Source: Bacteroidales bacterium
Lineage (GTDB): Bacteria > Bacteroidota > Bacteroidia > Bacteroidales > UBA932
Length of the DNA: 64,000 nucleotides
Assembly (NCBI GenBank): GCA_017626555.1
Contig: JAGAIM010000019.1
Coordinates: forward strand, 20,345 to 84,344
Reading direction: 5' to 3'
Shown: piece by piece, positions 40,024 to 49,483 of the stretch
Layout of the letters: every line of letters begins with the position of its first letter
How positions within the stretch are numbered: the stretch's first letter is position 1
Position numbers and translations under genes: made by a program
The notes under the pieces: generated by a model
Seen by the model: the letters and a program-made list of their open reading frames with translations, nothing else
Databases searched by the model: none
Told to the model about the DNA's origin: nothing

Positions 40024-40854
40024 TCAGAGGACATTCATCACCACAAGATATATAATTCCTATCGGTATTGCTATCAAGGCACTGTCAAAACGGTCGAGAA
40101 GTCCTCCGTGGCCAGGAATCAATGAACCGGAATCCTTAACCTCATAGTGACGCTTCCATTGTGACTCGATGAGGTCTCCATATACCCCTGCCACCGAAAG
40201 AAGAAGTGAAATACATATACAGTGAATCAGATCGAAACGGAAAATTCCTGTATAGTGTAGCAGAACCGCTACTGCTACAGCAGTCACAAGGCCACCCCAG
40301 AAGCCTATCCAGGACTTTTTAGGTGATATAGATGGAAAAAGTTTTTTGCCATACTTTTGTCCAAGTGTGATTCCGAACATATATGCTCCAACATCTGTCG
40401 CCCAGATGATTGCAAAAAAACAGAGCAGCAGGATGCCGTTGAAATCCCCCTCGCTGTTGAAAACTGCAAAATTAAGGACCGACCAAGGGACAGCAATATA
40501 TACGAGTGCAGCATAAAGGTTGGAGAACTTGTCGAAACGGCTTTTGTCCTTGACATACAATGAGTTGATCATCAGGACAAATACAGGGACAAAGGCCAGG
40601 ATCACAAGTTTGCCAGGAAAGTTGAAAGCCTTGAAAAGGAATGTCAATACAAAGAGAGTGGCTCCCGCAAGGATCGAAAGGATCTGCGAGAACCAGTAAT
40701 TCTTTCCACAGGTCATCTTCAGGAACTCCTTCATCATTATGATGAGCGACAGAAGCATCACCGTGCCGAAAACATATTTGTTTGTAAGGAAGGCGGCGAG
40801 CATTATCGCCACGAATCCTATACCTGATATAGTTCTTTTTATAAAATTGTTCAT
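40024..40854 (-). CDS. cdsA: Phosphatidate cytidylyltransferase
   Basis: SPKKSWIG, KDSGSLIPGHGGLLDRFDS. Confidence 0.95.
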   Translation of the reverse strand: MNNFIKRTISGIGFVAIMLAAFLTNKYVFGTVMLLSLIIMMKEFLKMTCGKNYWFSQILSILAGATLFVLTFLFKAFNFPGKLVILAFVPVFVLMINSLYVKDKSRFDKFSNLYAALVYIAVPWSVLNFAVFNSEGDFNGILLLCFFAIIWATDVGAYMFGITLGQKYGKKLFPSISPKKSWIGFWGGLVTAVAVAVLLHYTGIFRFDLIHCICISLLLSVAGVYGDLIESQWKRHYEVKDSGSLIPGHGGLLDRFDSALIAIPIGIIYLVVMNVL

Positions 40855-40882
40855 AAGCAAGTAGGTCAGCATCTTGGCGGAA

Positions 40883-42859
40883 CTATGCCTGTTCCGCCTC
40901 AGGTACTATCTCTTGTTGTTCATCTGACTGTTGATCATTGACCTTAGAACCAGCCCTCGGACCGAAAATTCGTTCAAGATCATCTGCAAAGATAACTTCT
41001 TTCTCCAATAAAAGTTCCGCTAATTGCCTGAATCCATCAAAATTTTCCTTAAGTATCGACTCTGTACGCTCGTGAATCTTTTCAATAAGTTCCTTTACTT
41101 CCTTGTCTATCAGTTCTGCAGTTCTTTCACTATATGGCTTGGTAAGATCATATCCTCGTGCTCCGGTTGAGTCGTAGAATGACAGATTACCCACTTTTTC
41201 GCTCATACCGTAATAGGTAACCATCGCATACGCCATCTTGGTCAAGCGCTCAAGATCGTTCAAAGCACCGGTAGAAGGCTGTCCGTTGATGATTTCCTCT
41301 GCAACTCGTCCGCCGATAAGAGAACACATCTCATCAAGCATCTGTTCCTTGGTGACAAGTTGACGTTCTTCAGGAAGATACCAGGCTGCACCAAGAGCCT
41401 GTCCGCGTGGAACTATAGTAACCTTGAACAAAGGATTTGCATTAGGCAGAAGCCAACTTACAGTAGCGTGACCGGCTTCGTGATGAGCGATCGATCTCTT
41501 CTCCTGAGGAGTAATGATCTTGGACTTTCTCTCAAGACCTCCCACAATCCTGTCAACAGCATCAAGGAAATCCTGCTTGTCGATTGCACTCTTGTTCTTA
41601 CGTGCGGCAGTAAGTGCCGCCTCGTTGCAGACATTTGCAATATCTGCACCAGAGAATCCCGGAGTGTGTTTCGCGAGGAATTCCAGGTCGAAATCTTCAG
41701 CAAGTTTGAGCCCACGCAGATGCACTGTGAATATTTCCTCACGCTCTTTCAGGTCAGGAAGGTCAACGTGGATCTGGCGGTCAAATCGACCGGCACGCAT
41801 CAGTGCCTTATCAAGGATATCGGCACGATTGGTGGCTGCGAGGATTATGACACCTGAGTTTGATCCGAATCCGTCCATCTCCGTAAGCAATTGATTGAGA
41901 GTGTTCTCTCTCTCGTCATTTGAAGAGAAGCCTGCATTCTTGCTCCTTGCTCGACCCACAGCATCGATCTCGTCGATAAAGACGATGCAAGGTGCCTTTT
42001 CCTTTGCCTGACGGAATAGGTCACGAACTCTTGATGCACCTACTCCCACAAACATCTCCACGAAGTCAGAACCTGATATTGAAAAGAAAGGCACATCAGC
42101 CTCTCCTGCAACAGCCTTGGCAAGAAGAGTCTTTCCGGTACCTGGAGGGCCTACAAGAAGTGCTCCTTTAGGAATCTTTCCACCGAGAGCAGTATATTTC
42201 TTTGGATTCTTCAGGAAATCAACGATCTCCATTACCTCATCCTTAGCACCATAGAGACCTGCTACATCCTTGAAAGTAACCTTGATGCTGTCTTTTTCAG
42301 CAAGTTTTCCTGTTGACTTTCCGACGTTGAAGATGCCTCCTGGTCCACCAGGACCGCCACCTCCCATATTACGGTTCATTCCTCTGAACATAAATACCCA
42401 CATCAGGATCAGAAGAAGTGGGAATATAAGCCACTCTAGAATACCCCAGAAACTCTCGTGATTCTCTATCACTACTTTCACCTGCTCATCAGCCGGCATC
42501 TGTTCATTTAGTTCGCCGAACATTTCCTCGGCATTGAAACTGCCTGAAACCAGGAAAATGAAATGAGGCGATCTGCTCGGAACCTTACCACCGAACTTAT
42601 CAGCATATTTGGCAAGTTTGTCCGGCTTTATCGTTACACGACCCTCGTATTCATTACGGATGTAGGTTATCTCCTTTATGTCCCCATCAAGCCATTGCTG
42701 TCTTACATCCGCCCATTCTTCTTTCTGCGGATTTGCAGCATTTTCCTGATTGAAGAACATATATCCGATTCCAAAGAGGAGAAGTATATATATCCAGGAT
42801 ATGTTGAATCTAATTCTCACAGGCTTTTTCCCGCGAGGTGTATTACTTTTTTCTGTCAT
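40883..42859 (-). CDS. ftsH: ATP-dependent zinc metalloprotease FtsH
   Basis: Two [21 protein letters not shown]; ATG 42859 preferred. Confidence 0.96.
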   Translation of the reverse strand: MTEKSNTPRGKKPVRIRFNISWIYILLLFGIGYMFFNQENAANPQKEEWADVRQQWLDGDIKEITYIRNEYEGRVTIKPDKLAKYADKFGGKVPSRSPHFIFLVSGSFNAEEMFGELNEQMPADEQVKVVIENHESFWGILEWLIFPLLLILMWVFMFRGMNRNMGGGGPGGPGGIFNVGKSTGKLAEKDSIKVTFKDVAGLYGAKDEVMEIVDFLKNPKKYTALGGKIPKGALLVGPPGTGKTLLAKAVAGEADVPFFSISGSDFVEMFVGVGASRVRDLFRQAKEKAPCIVFIDEIDAVGRARSKNAGFSSNDERENTLNQLLTEMDGFGSNSGVIILAATNRADILDKALMRAGRFDRQIHVDLPDLKEREEIFTVHLRGLKLAEDFDLEFLAKHTPGFSGADIANVCNEAALTAARKNKSAIDKQDFLDAVDRIVGGLERKSKIITPQEKRSIAHHEAGHATVSWLLPNANPLFKVTIVPRGQALGAAWYLPEERQLVTKEQMLDEMCSLIGGRVAEEIINGQPSTGALNDLERLTKMAYAMVTYYGMSEKVGNLSFYDSTGARGYDLTKPYSERTAELIDKEVKELIEKIHERTESILKENFDGFRQLAELLLEKEVIFADDLERIFGPRAGSKVNDQQSDEQQEIVPEAEQA

Positions 42860-42873
42860 ATTTCCGAGTAGGG

Positions 42874-43221
42874 TTAGTCTTCGTATGCTGTCCTTTCGGC
42901 ATCTGCCCAAAGTTCTTCGAGTCTGTAAAATGCTCTATAAGGGGTCTGAAACACGTGTACAACGATATCACCATAATCGAGAATAACCCAAAATGCATTC
43001 TCCTTACCCTGTGAGCGCAAAACTTTTCTTCTGCACTTTTCAATCATCCTGTCCTCGATATTGTCAGCGATAGCCACAACGGCAGGAGTTGAATCCGCAT
43101 TACAAACTATAAAATGATCTGAAATTGCTGTTCCGATAGATCTGAGGTCAAGCGATACAACATCCTGTCCTTTCTTTTCGAGCATTGCATCGGCAATGAC
43201 CTTGAGTTCATTATTGTCCAT
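42874..43221 (-). CDS. rsfS: Ribosome silencing factor
   Basis: DHFIVC, WVILDYGDIVVHVF, FYRLEELW. Confidence 0.94.
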   Translation of the reverse strand: MDNNELKVIADAMLEKKGQDVVSLDLRSIGTAISDHFIVCNADSTPAVVAIADNIEDRMIEKCRRKVLRSQGKENAFWVILDYGDIVVHVFQTPYRAFYRLEELWADAERTAYED

Positions 43222-43287
43222 ATATAGAAATTATTGTTATTTTTGTCAAAATTACCTGCAAAGATAATCAAAATCCGCACCATTACA

Positions 43288-44145
43288 ATGAAGGCTGACA
43301 TTATGTGGTTTGGTTCGACTGATTCGACCAATGAAGAGGCTAAAAGGCATATTTCTGACATTGACAATTTGTCAGTCCTGTCAGCGTTGGAGCAGACAGC
43401 CGGGCGAGGACAGAGAGGAAACCAGTGGCATAGCGCTCCGGGTGAAAATCTCCTTTTCAGCATTGTTCTGAAATACCGGAAAGATCGAATGCGATCATAC
43501 GCTCTCTCCCCCGTCAGAGCCTGCGATCAGTTTGTAATAAGCCAGACAGCCTCTCTTGCCGTCACCGATTTTCTGTCCGGATACGGAATCAGGGCAAAGA
43601 TCAAATGGCCGAACGATATCTATGTCGGAGATGAAAAGATCTGCGGAATCCTTGTCGAGCATTCTATACGTGGAGAATGGCTTTCGCATAGCATCATCGG
43701 TATAGGCCTGAATATCAATCAAAGAAACTTTGATGTTAACCTGTTTAACCCCACATCAATCAGCCTGCAGACAGGTCTGTCATACGACATAAGAGAGAGT
43801 CTGGATGATTTTATGGATATTTTCACAGCCTACCTCAAACGCTATCTCAACATCAATGGAGGCTATCTCAAATTGCGCAAGATGTACCTCTCACAATTAT
43901 GGAGAAAAGACCTTGAAGCCGGCTTTATCGACTACACAACCCTTCCGACCGGCCATCTTGAGGGTCCTATGAATATACGCCCCAAAAATGATCCAGACTC
44001 AGACATCAACACACAAGAGCATTCCGGAAAAGTATTTCCAGGAATAATCAGAGGTCTCGCGTCAACCGGCAATCTCCTCGTCGAAGACCTCTCCACCGGC
44101 CTTACCCGAGAATTCGGCTTCAAGGAAATCGGGTATATCCTCTGA
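43288..44145 (+). CDS. birA: Biotin--protein ligase (no HTH)
   Basis: DSTN, QTAGRGQRGNQW, KWPND, KICGIL, GIGLNINQ. Confidence 0.9.
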   Translation: MKADIMWFGSTDSTNEEAKRHISDIDNLSVLSALEQTAGRGQRGNQWHSAPGENLLFSIVLKYRKDRMRSYALSPVRACDQFVISQTASLAVTDFLSGYGIRAKIKWPNDIYVGDEKICGILVEHSIRGEWLSHSIIGIGLNINQRNFDVNLFNPTSISLQTGLSYDIRESLDDFMDIFTAYLKRYLNINGGYLKLRKMYLSQLWRKDLEAGFIDYTTLPTGHLEGPMNIRPKNDPDSDINTQEHSGKVFPGIIRGLASTGNLLVEDLSTGLTREFGFKEIGYIL

Positions 44146-44260
44146 CAATCAACCATACGCGCTTCAATCTGCCAGACGCGCGTCATTGGAGGGAGAACTA
44201 CTCGTCAACAAACGTACATCCACATTTATTTCAAGCATTTGCCCACAAAGTTTATGAAGG

Positions 44261-44377
44261 AAGTTCTAGTGAATACCTTCTGGTCGCGGTTCACTAAAAC
44301 TGCTGAATATTGCTAATTCTGCAAGCATCAGGTAGGTTCTAGTGAATGTACTAGTCTTGAAATTCACTAGAACTAAA
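44261..44377. repeat. REP-like doublet A (two 38-bp palindromes)
   Basis: GTTCTAGTGAA-N16-TTCACTA(A/G)AAC twice, 73 bp apart; 109/117 identical to 45261-45377. Confidence 0.9.
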
Positions 44378-44441
44378 TGGGAAGTATCTAATATAATTAA
44401 TAGTTCCCAATGAGGATATTAGTCCAAGAAGGCTCATTATT

Positions 44442-44473
44442 TTTGTATAAATATCAATTTTTCTCTACATTTG
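44442..44473 (+). promoter_or_regulatory. Bacteroidetes housekeeping-sigma promoter of the cassette
   Basis: TTTG (44442-44445)-N20-TACATTTG (44466-44473), matches consensus TTTG-N19-21-TAnnTTTG. Confidence 0.7.
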
Positions 44474-44479
44474 TCAGTG

Positions 44480-44680
44480 TATAGGCGAAAGTCTATCGAT
44501 TAGAATACTATTTGCTCAATCGTCATCAGAATCACCACCTCGAAATGAACACGAGCAAAATTACACCTGTTATTGAGTAACTATGCTTTCCAGCGTAGGG
44601 TTACTCCCATTATACAGGTAGGCTTGTGGTGAGCCTTGATGGCGTATGGCAGTAGTCCTACGCCTTTTTTGTGCGTAGGG
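44480..44680 (+). ncRNA. Putative structured 5' leader (attenuator-like)
   Basis: GNRA hairpin 44481-44496; TTTGCTC/GAGCAAA stem; 13-bp stem 44593-44605/44651-44663 competing with CCTACGC/GCGTAGG 44657-44679. Confidence 0.4.
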
Positions 44681-44718
44681 GATTTGGAAACAAGTTTAAC
44701 CCTATAAAACAAAGTATT

Positions 44719-45167
44719 ATGAGACACAAACTTTTCTATTTTATAGTTGTTCTTGCAACTATGGTATTTTCTTCTTGTGACCCATCCGGTCTTAATACGA
44801 CGCCAAAGGAGAAACCAACAACTTATACCATTGTATATAATATTGACACTAGTTCATTGATTGAGGATTATATTTCGTTTGGAGCCTCAATCAAGGAAAG
44901 CGTTATCATAAGCGAATACAATGACAAAAACGAAAGAATAAACATACAAGATATGGAGAACATTCGATATGGCTCAAAGAAAACATTTACCTCTCATAGT
45001 CTTGCAGAAAAATAGCAGTATGCTTGGAAATAGAAATGTCATACAACGGCAAATCAGAAGATATGACAAGATGGGTCGCCCAAGTATTTTATTTAGAAAA
45101 GGAATCTAATATAAGCGTAACAATAGACGGAGAAACAAGAGTTAGTTCATATTGTCCAGTTGACTAA
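44719..45167 (+). pseudogene. Lipoprotein gene split by a 1-nt frameshift in an A5 run
   Basis: Lipobox VFSSC; stop at 45013-45015; one more A at 45008-45012 extends the frame (IAVCLEIEMSYNG...RWVAQVFYLEKE...CPVD*) to 45167. Confidence 0.7.
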
Positions 45168-45180
45168 TAACAATGAACAT

Positions 45181-45207
45181 TAAGGGAGAGCACAAAACTC
45201 TCCCTTA
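45181..45207 (+). terminator. Terminator of the cassette gene
   Basis: TAAGGGAGAG-CACAAAA-CTCTCCCTTA perfect 10-bp stem. Confidence 0.7.
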
Positions 45208-45260
45208 CTTATCAAATTGACATTTAACAACTTAAATGTAAAGCATTTAAATCATCTGGT

Positions 45261-45377
45261 AAGTTCTAGTGAATACCTTCTGGTCGCGGTTCACTAAAAC
45301 TGCTGAATATTGCCAATACCGCAAGCATCTGGGTGCTTCTAGTGAATGTGCTAGTCTTGAAATTCACTAGAACTAAA
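45261..45377. repeat. REP-like doublet B
   Basis: Direct repeat of 44261-44377, exactly 1000 bp downstream. Confidence 0.9.
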
Positions 45378-45450
45378 CGAGAAGGAGAGATACTTTCAGT
45401 AACATCATATCAAGATGATTCACTAAAACTGTCAGGAGAAGAAAGAGGCA

Positions 45451-46374
45451 TTACATATAGTCCATTGCGAGACACCTTCTGGCTTGTGCTTCCCCTATTT
45501 TGTACAATTCTTTAATGATATCATATAATTCCTGTTTATGAGAATATGAGAGGCAGTAAACGGAAGGAACTTTATATTGATTGACAATTATCCGGTCAAT
45601 TTCTTCACACAACTTCAAATCAGATATCCGATTGTAATCGTTACGGCCTTTCTCATTGATCAGCATCTGCTTAGGTGATGTCAAATAAACTCCTTTTTCG
45701 ATCAGTTCCATAGTAATCGGCTGCAACTGGACATTGTCACTCTTCTGTTCTTCAATCCACTTATCATCAGATGGCCTGTTCATATAGTATAAAAAACTCT
45801 TTGGCGAGGAATACAGCAATTCAACCTGCTGGACAGCAGTAACGTTCTTTCTTAATATAAGACCAGATTTGTCCATCTCGTAATTATCCGGCAACAGGAC
45901 ATTTCGACCTATATGACTATGTCTGTATCTTTTGCCTAGAAGGTCAGAATCCGGGGATTTGCCCAGTTGGGATTGGAATATGATATTGGCAGAACTGTAT
46001 GGATATGCAAATGGGGTTGGTGAAACACCGTGGTGCAAAGGATTACGGAGAGTATATGAAATCGCAGCCATAAGATGAAACAATCCATCTAGTTCAACAC
46101 AAAAGTATTCGCTCTCCCCTAACGGTCCTTTCCTCTTGTATTTTGTATTCATATGTCTGGTATAGGCCAGACGATTGATCCTCATCATTTTTTCCGGCGC
46201 GTCAGTCTGGGCTACATAATGTCTGTGATTGGACATATGCGAATCAGCCAAAGAGCAGGAATCAGTCTTATATAATGCTAGTGCATAACAATTGAATCCC
46301 CAATTGTAATCATCGTGACTACGGAAAAGAACTTCCTCCTTAGAGGAATGACAAAGATGAAAAACCTTTTTCAT
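45451..46374 (-). CDS. RAYT-like HUH (Y1) tyrosine transposase with C-terminal extension
   Basis: FHLC..LFRSHDDY, MSNHRH (HUH-like), YTRHMNTKYKRKGPL, ISYTLRNPLHHG (Y..NP), YPYSS; TATATTTG promoter at 46489-46496 (-). Confidence 0.85.
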   Translation of the reverse strand: MKKVFHLCHSSKEEVLFRSHDDYNWGFNCYALALYKTDSCSLADSHMSNHRHYVAQTDAPEKMMRINRLAYTRHMNTKYKRKGPLGESEYFCVELDGLFHLMAAISYTLRNPLHHGVSPTPFAYPYSSANIIFQSQLGKSPDSDLLGKRYRHSHIGRNVLLPDNYEMDKSGLILRKNVTAVQQVELLYSSPKSFLYYMNRPSDDKWIEEQKSDNVQLQPITMELIEKGVYLTSPKQMLINEKGRNDYNRISDLKLCEEIDRIIVNQYKVPSVYCLSYSHKQELYDIIKELYKIGEAQARRCLAMDYM

Positions 46375-46511
46375 AGCATAATTTCATATCTGGCTCTACT
46401 TCTACAACACTGTCATCACCTGTCTTCCATCAGACAGTCATCCGACAACAATCATTCAACACATTCTTCCCAAATGCTTGAAACACAACAAATATAAGAT
46501 AGTTTTTCAAT

Positions 46512-46926
46512 ACTTCACATAAAAAAATAGTTCTAGTGAACTTTTCTACTGTTATCTTCACCAGAAGTACCGAAAACAGCGGGATCCTTATAGTATTATA
46601 TAGTTCTAGTGAAAGTACTCGCCCTGACATTCACTAGAAGTTTGTTAATGAGCACTTTACATAAATAATAGTTCTAGTGAACTTTTCTACAAGTATCTTC
46701 ACCAGAAGTACCGAAAACAGCGGGATCCTTATAGTATTATATAGTTCTAGTGATAGTACTTGACCTGACATTCACTAGAAGTTTGTTATGAGCACTTCAC
46801 ATAAAAAATAGTTCTAGTGAACTTTTCTACTGTTATCTTCACCAGAAGTATCGAAAACAGCTGGATCCTTATAGTATTATATAGTTCTGGTGAAAGTACT
46901 CGCCCTGACATTCACTAGAAGTTTGT
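46512..46926. repeat. Tandem array of three ~140-bp units, each a doublet of 38-bp palindromes
   Basis: Palindromes start at 46530, 46603, 46671, 46744, 46811, 46884; an eleventh with an internally duplicated spacer lies at 46967-47022. Confidence 0.92.
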
Positions 46927-47036
46927 ATAGGGAAATGAAATAGAGATAATCTTCAGGATTTTAATGGTTCTGGTGATAATCTATATGAATCGATTTAATC
47001 TATAGAATCGATTCACTAGAAAGTACTGTCTGGAAA

Positions 47037-48092
47037 TCATAGGTAACCATTATAGAAATCATCCAACGAAATGACCATATCGATGACTTCCAGATAGTTA
47101 GCGGTGCCGGAAGTGACTTTGTTGCCTTTCAGGAATGCATCATAGAATGCTGACTGCAGACGGCCGAGGGTATTGCTGTAACGGCTGTTCCAGTATTCTC
47201 TCTGGGCATTGTACATTGCAATGACGGCCGGATTGATGGTTGAAACGAATTGCCTGTAATCTTCCTCCGGAAGGAGACGTGAGGCATTGATCAGAACGTA
47301 TGGCAGCAGGCCATAGTAACCGGCATATCTCAGTACCGGGTCATCAGAACGAGTACATATCGTATAAGCCCAGAAATTTGCCTCGTCTTCGCTGCTGACT
47401 CCAAGGAGGTGGGAATACTCGTGAACATATACGAAGTGGAACTGCCAAGGCAGAATATCATTATTCAACTGGGGCTCGCAAAAGAACGGACCCATAAATC
47501 CCATCACTCCGACCGATGAATATAATTCATTGAACAGCAGACGTTTCGGATGTTGCCATTGACGTGGAACTGAAAGTCCGGCCGAGGAAGGGAGAGCCGC
47601 AAAAGCCTCCTTGACCTGATTCTCGAAATAATCGTATCCGACATAGAACAAATCATTCGGAAGGGCTTCGTATGTCGAATTCAGACTATCTGCATAATCG
47701 GTGATGAAATCATTGAAGACGGACTCATCATAGGCCTGTCGTTCTACTCCCAATCTGTCATATATGCTTTCCCTGTAATAATTGCATCCCCATCCGATAT
47801 AGAACCAGACGTAGATCCATAAAAGAAATTCAAATGCCTGAAAAAGGATCATTACAAAAACACGTCTCTTTCTGATGCCGTTCACGATAATGAAGATAAG
47901 CAACAGGACGGCTCCTACTACAACTATTTCTTCCAGTGAAAACGGGATCCAGGACACTGAATATGAAAGGAACCCTGATACGAGCGGATAGATTACAGTC
48001 GAGTACCACTCGCCTATCTCGACCGAAAATCTTGCAGTCAGAACAAAGGCGAGAAGTACAATAAGTATAATATGTCTATGCCTGGCCTTCAC
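47037..48092 (-). CDS. DUF3810-type zincin-like membrane-anchored protein
   Basis: WYSTVIYP, WGCNYYR, MGPFFCEPQLN, HEYSHLLGVSSEDEANF. Confidence 0.8.
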   Translation of the reverse strand: MKARHRHIILIVLLAFVLTARFSVEIGEWYSTVIYPLVSGFLSYSVSWIPFSLEEIVVVGAVLLLIFIIVNGIRKRRVFVMILFQAFEFLLWIYVWFYIGWGCNYYRESIYDRLGVERQAYDESVFNDFITDYADSLNSTYEALPNDLFYVGYDYFENQVKEAFAALPSSAGLSVPRQWQHPKRLLFNELYSSVGVMGFMGPFFCEPQLNNDILPWQFHFVYVHEYSHLLGVSSEDEANFWAYTICTRSDDPVLRYAGYYGLLPYVLINASRLLPEEDYRQFVSTINPAVIAMYNAQREYWNSRYSNTLGRLQSAFYDAFLKGNKVTSGTANYLEVIDMVISLDDFYNGYL

Positions 48093-48468
48093 CTGAATTC
48101 TTCTTGATCCTATAATGGAGGATATTGTTTACAGCAATGTGGGAGAAGACGAATACAGCCGCAAGATACATCCACGGTGACATACCCTGCACCAACCGCA
48201 CTACCACACAAACGACCGAAGCAACAGCAAGAACGGCTCCATAAATAATATTGAACTTGATCATTCCTGAAGAAGGCAGCATTTCGGGGAATTTTTCCAT
48301 CTTGATGCGTCCAACCAGAGAGGAAGGAATCATTACGACAAAAAGAATCAGAATGGCGATCATAATCCAGTCAGGCCTGGTGCCGGTAAAGGCCGGAAGG
48401 AATGCAAATACCATAAATAGAAGGGAAAGTGCGGCGAACAGCACACTTAATACTCTCAAACTCTTCAT
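48076..48468 (-). CDS. Hypothetical membrane protein (about 4 TM)
   Basis: Hydrophobic ORF in a tightly packed operon. Confidence 0.7.
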   Translation of the reverse strand: MKSLRVLSVLFAALSLLFMVFAFLPAFTGTRPDWIMIAILILFVVMIPSSLVGRIKMEKFPEMLPSSGMIKFNIIYGAVLAVASVVCVVVRLVQGMSPWMYLAAVFVFSHIAVNNILHYRIKKNSGEGQA

Positions 48469-48470
48469 AG

Positions 48471-48845
48471 TCAGGAGATTGATTTACGGAATCTATAAAG
48501 TATATACGAATCCAGGGAACTGAACACACCCAGGAAAAAGCAAGCAAACATCAGAAGCATATCCTCCGGATCAATAAAGGCAGCAACTATTGCCACAAGA
48601 GCAAAGACTGCATAGAAAAGCATCTTGCCATAGAGAGTTCCTGGAGTGATATGGCGGATTAGTTCACTCCTGCTTCCCATCTTTCTGCTCTCGCTGTACA
48701 TAAACGGCACAGCGCTCATAAAGAACACCATCAGGAGTAAAAGCGCTCCAGTCTCTGTATCCCTGTACATATCGACAAATGCTATCACAATGAATATTTC
48801 GGCCAATATAGCCGCTATCAACCGGCAAATCTTCAAAGTCTTCAT
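48471..48845 (-). CDS. Hypothetical membrane protein (about 4 TM)
   Basis: Hydrophobic ORF, 2-bp gaps to neighbours. Confidence 0.7.
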   Translation of the reverse strand: MKTLKICRLIAAILAEIFIVIAFVDMYRDTETGALLLLMVFFMSAVPFMYSESRKMGSRSELIRHITPGTLYGKMLFYAVFALVAIVAAFIDPEDMLLMFACFFLGVFSSLDSYILYRFRKSIS

Positions 48846-48847
48846 AT

Positions 48848-49483
48848 CTATTCGTTTATAAGTTCTTCAGCAGCAGCCTTATCACGTTTTCTCACAAGGA
48901 CGCGTATCGGCATCGAGTGTTTTCCTACTCCCAAAGTCTCGGAAAGCCCGTCACCGAAAATTTCAACCGGAATGCCGTTGGATTCAAGCATTCCCTTGAT
49001 AATATGAGCACTCGTAGAATCATTGCATTCCGCCACGGTCACAAGTGAATCCGGATCTTCTTCATATTTCCGTTCCTTCTCATAAGCATCAAGGTCAGCG
49101 GGGGCATTACGAGTATATGCGTATCGATACAGGAAGGCTCCAGCCATAGCGATCAGCTGAAGCCAATAATTGATCTTGCCTGTATCCATATATATACCCC
49201 ACATTATTCTGGAAGCTGCGATAATGCACGCGACACCCAAGACACCGAGCCAGATCTGGCCTACAGTTACCCACTCCGGCCAACCCACACGCCAGAAAAA
49301 GCGGATTGCAGCATCATTTCTTATAAAAAAGATCAGAAAGCAGATTACCAGAAGTACATACATAAGAAGGGTACCACGGAACGCCACGGAAAAAACAACA
49401 CGGTCACGTGACAGGAGAAGCAGATAACTGAAAATCACCGCTGGGAGCAGTAATGAATATAATATTGCCTTCAATGTCTTCAT
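48848..49483 (-). CDS. Membrane protein with C-terminal DUF2007-like domain
   Basis: Four TM then AHIIKGMLESNGIPVEI...IRVLVRKRDKAAAEELI. Confidence 0.75.
   Translation of the reverse strand: MKTLKAILYSLLLPAVIFSYLLLLSRDRVVFSVAFRGTLLMYVLLVICFLIFFIRNDAAIRFFWRVGWPEWVTVGQIWLGVLGVACIIAASRIMWGIYMDTGKINYWLQLIAMAGAFLYRYAYTRNAPADLDAYEKERKYEEDPDSLVTVAECNDSTSAHIIKGMLESNGIPVEIFGDGLSETLGVGKHSMPIRVLVRKRDKAAAEELINE

Noticed and set aside
45451-46374. IS200/IS605 insertion sequence
   Set aside because: No tnpB, protein about twice the TnpA length, RAYT-type Y..NP..G motif, and many flanking palindromes rather than two ends
44229-46483. 13-bp inverted match TTTCAAGCATTTG (44229-44241 / 46471-46483) as terminal inverted repeats
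   Set aside because: Short, AT-rich, no target duplication seen, and it does not enclose the upstream array
46512-46926. CRISPR array
   Set aside because: Units are ~140-bp near-identical tandem copies with no unique spacers, and no cas gene is in the window
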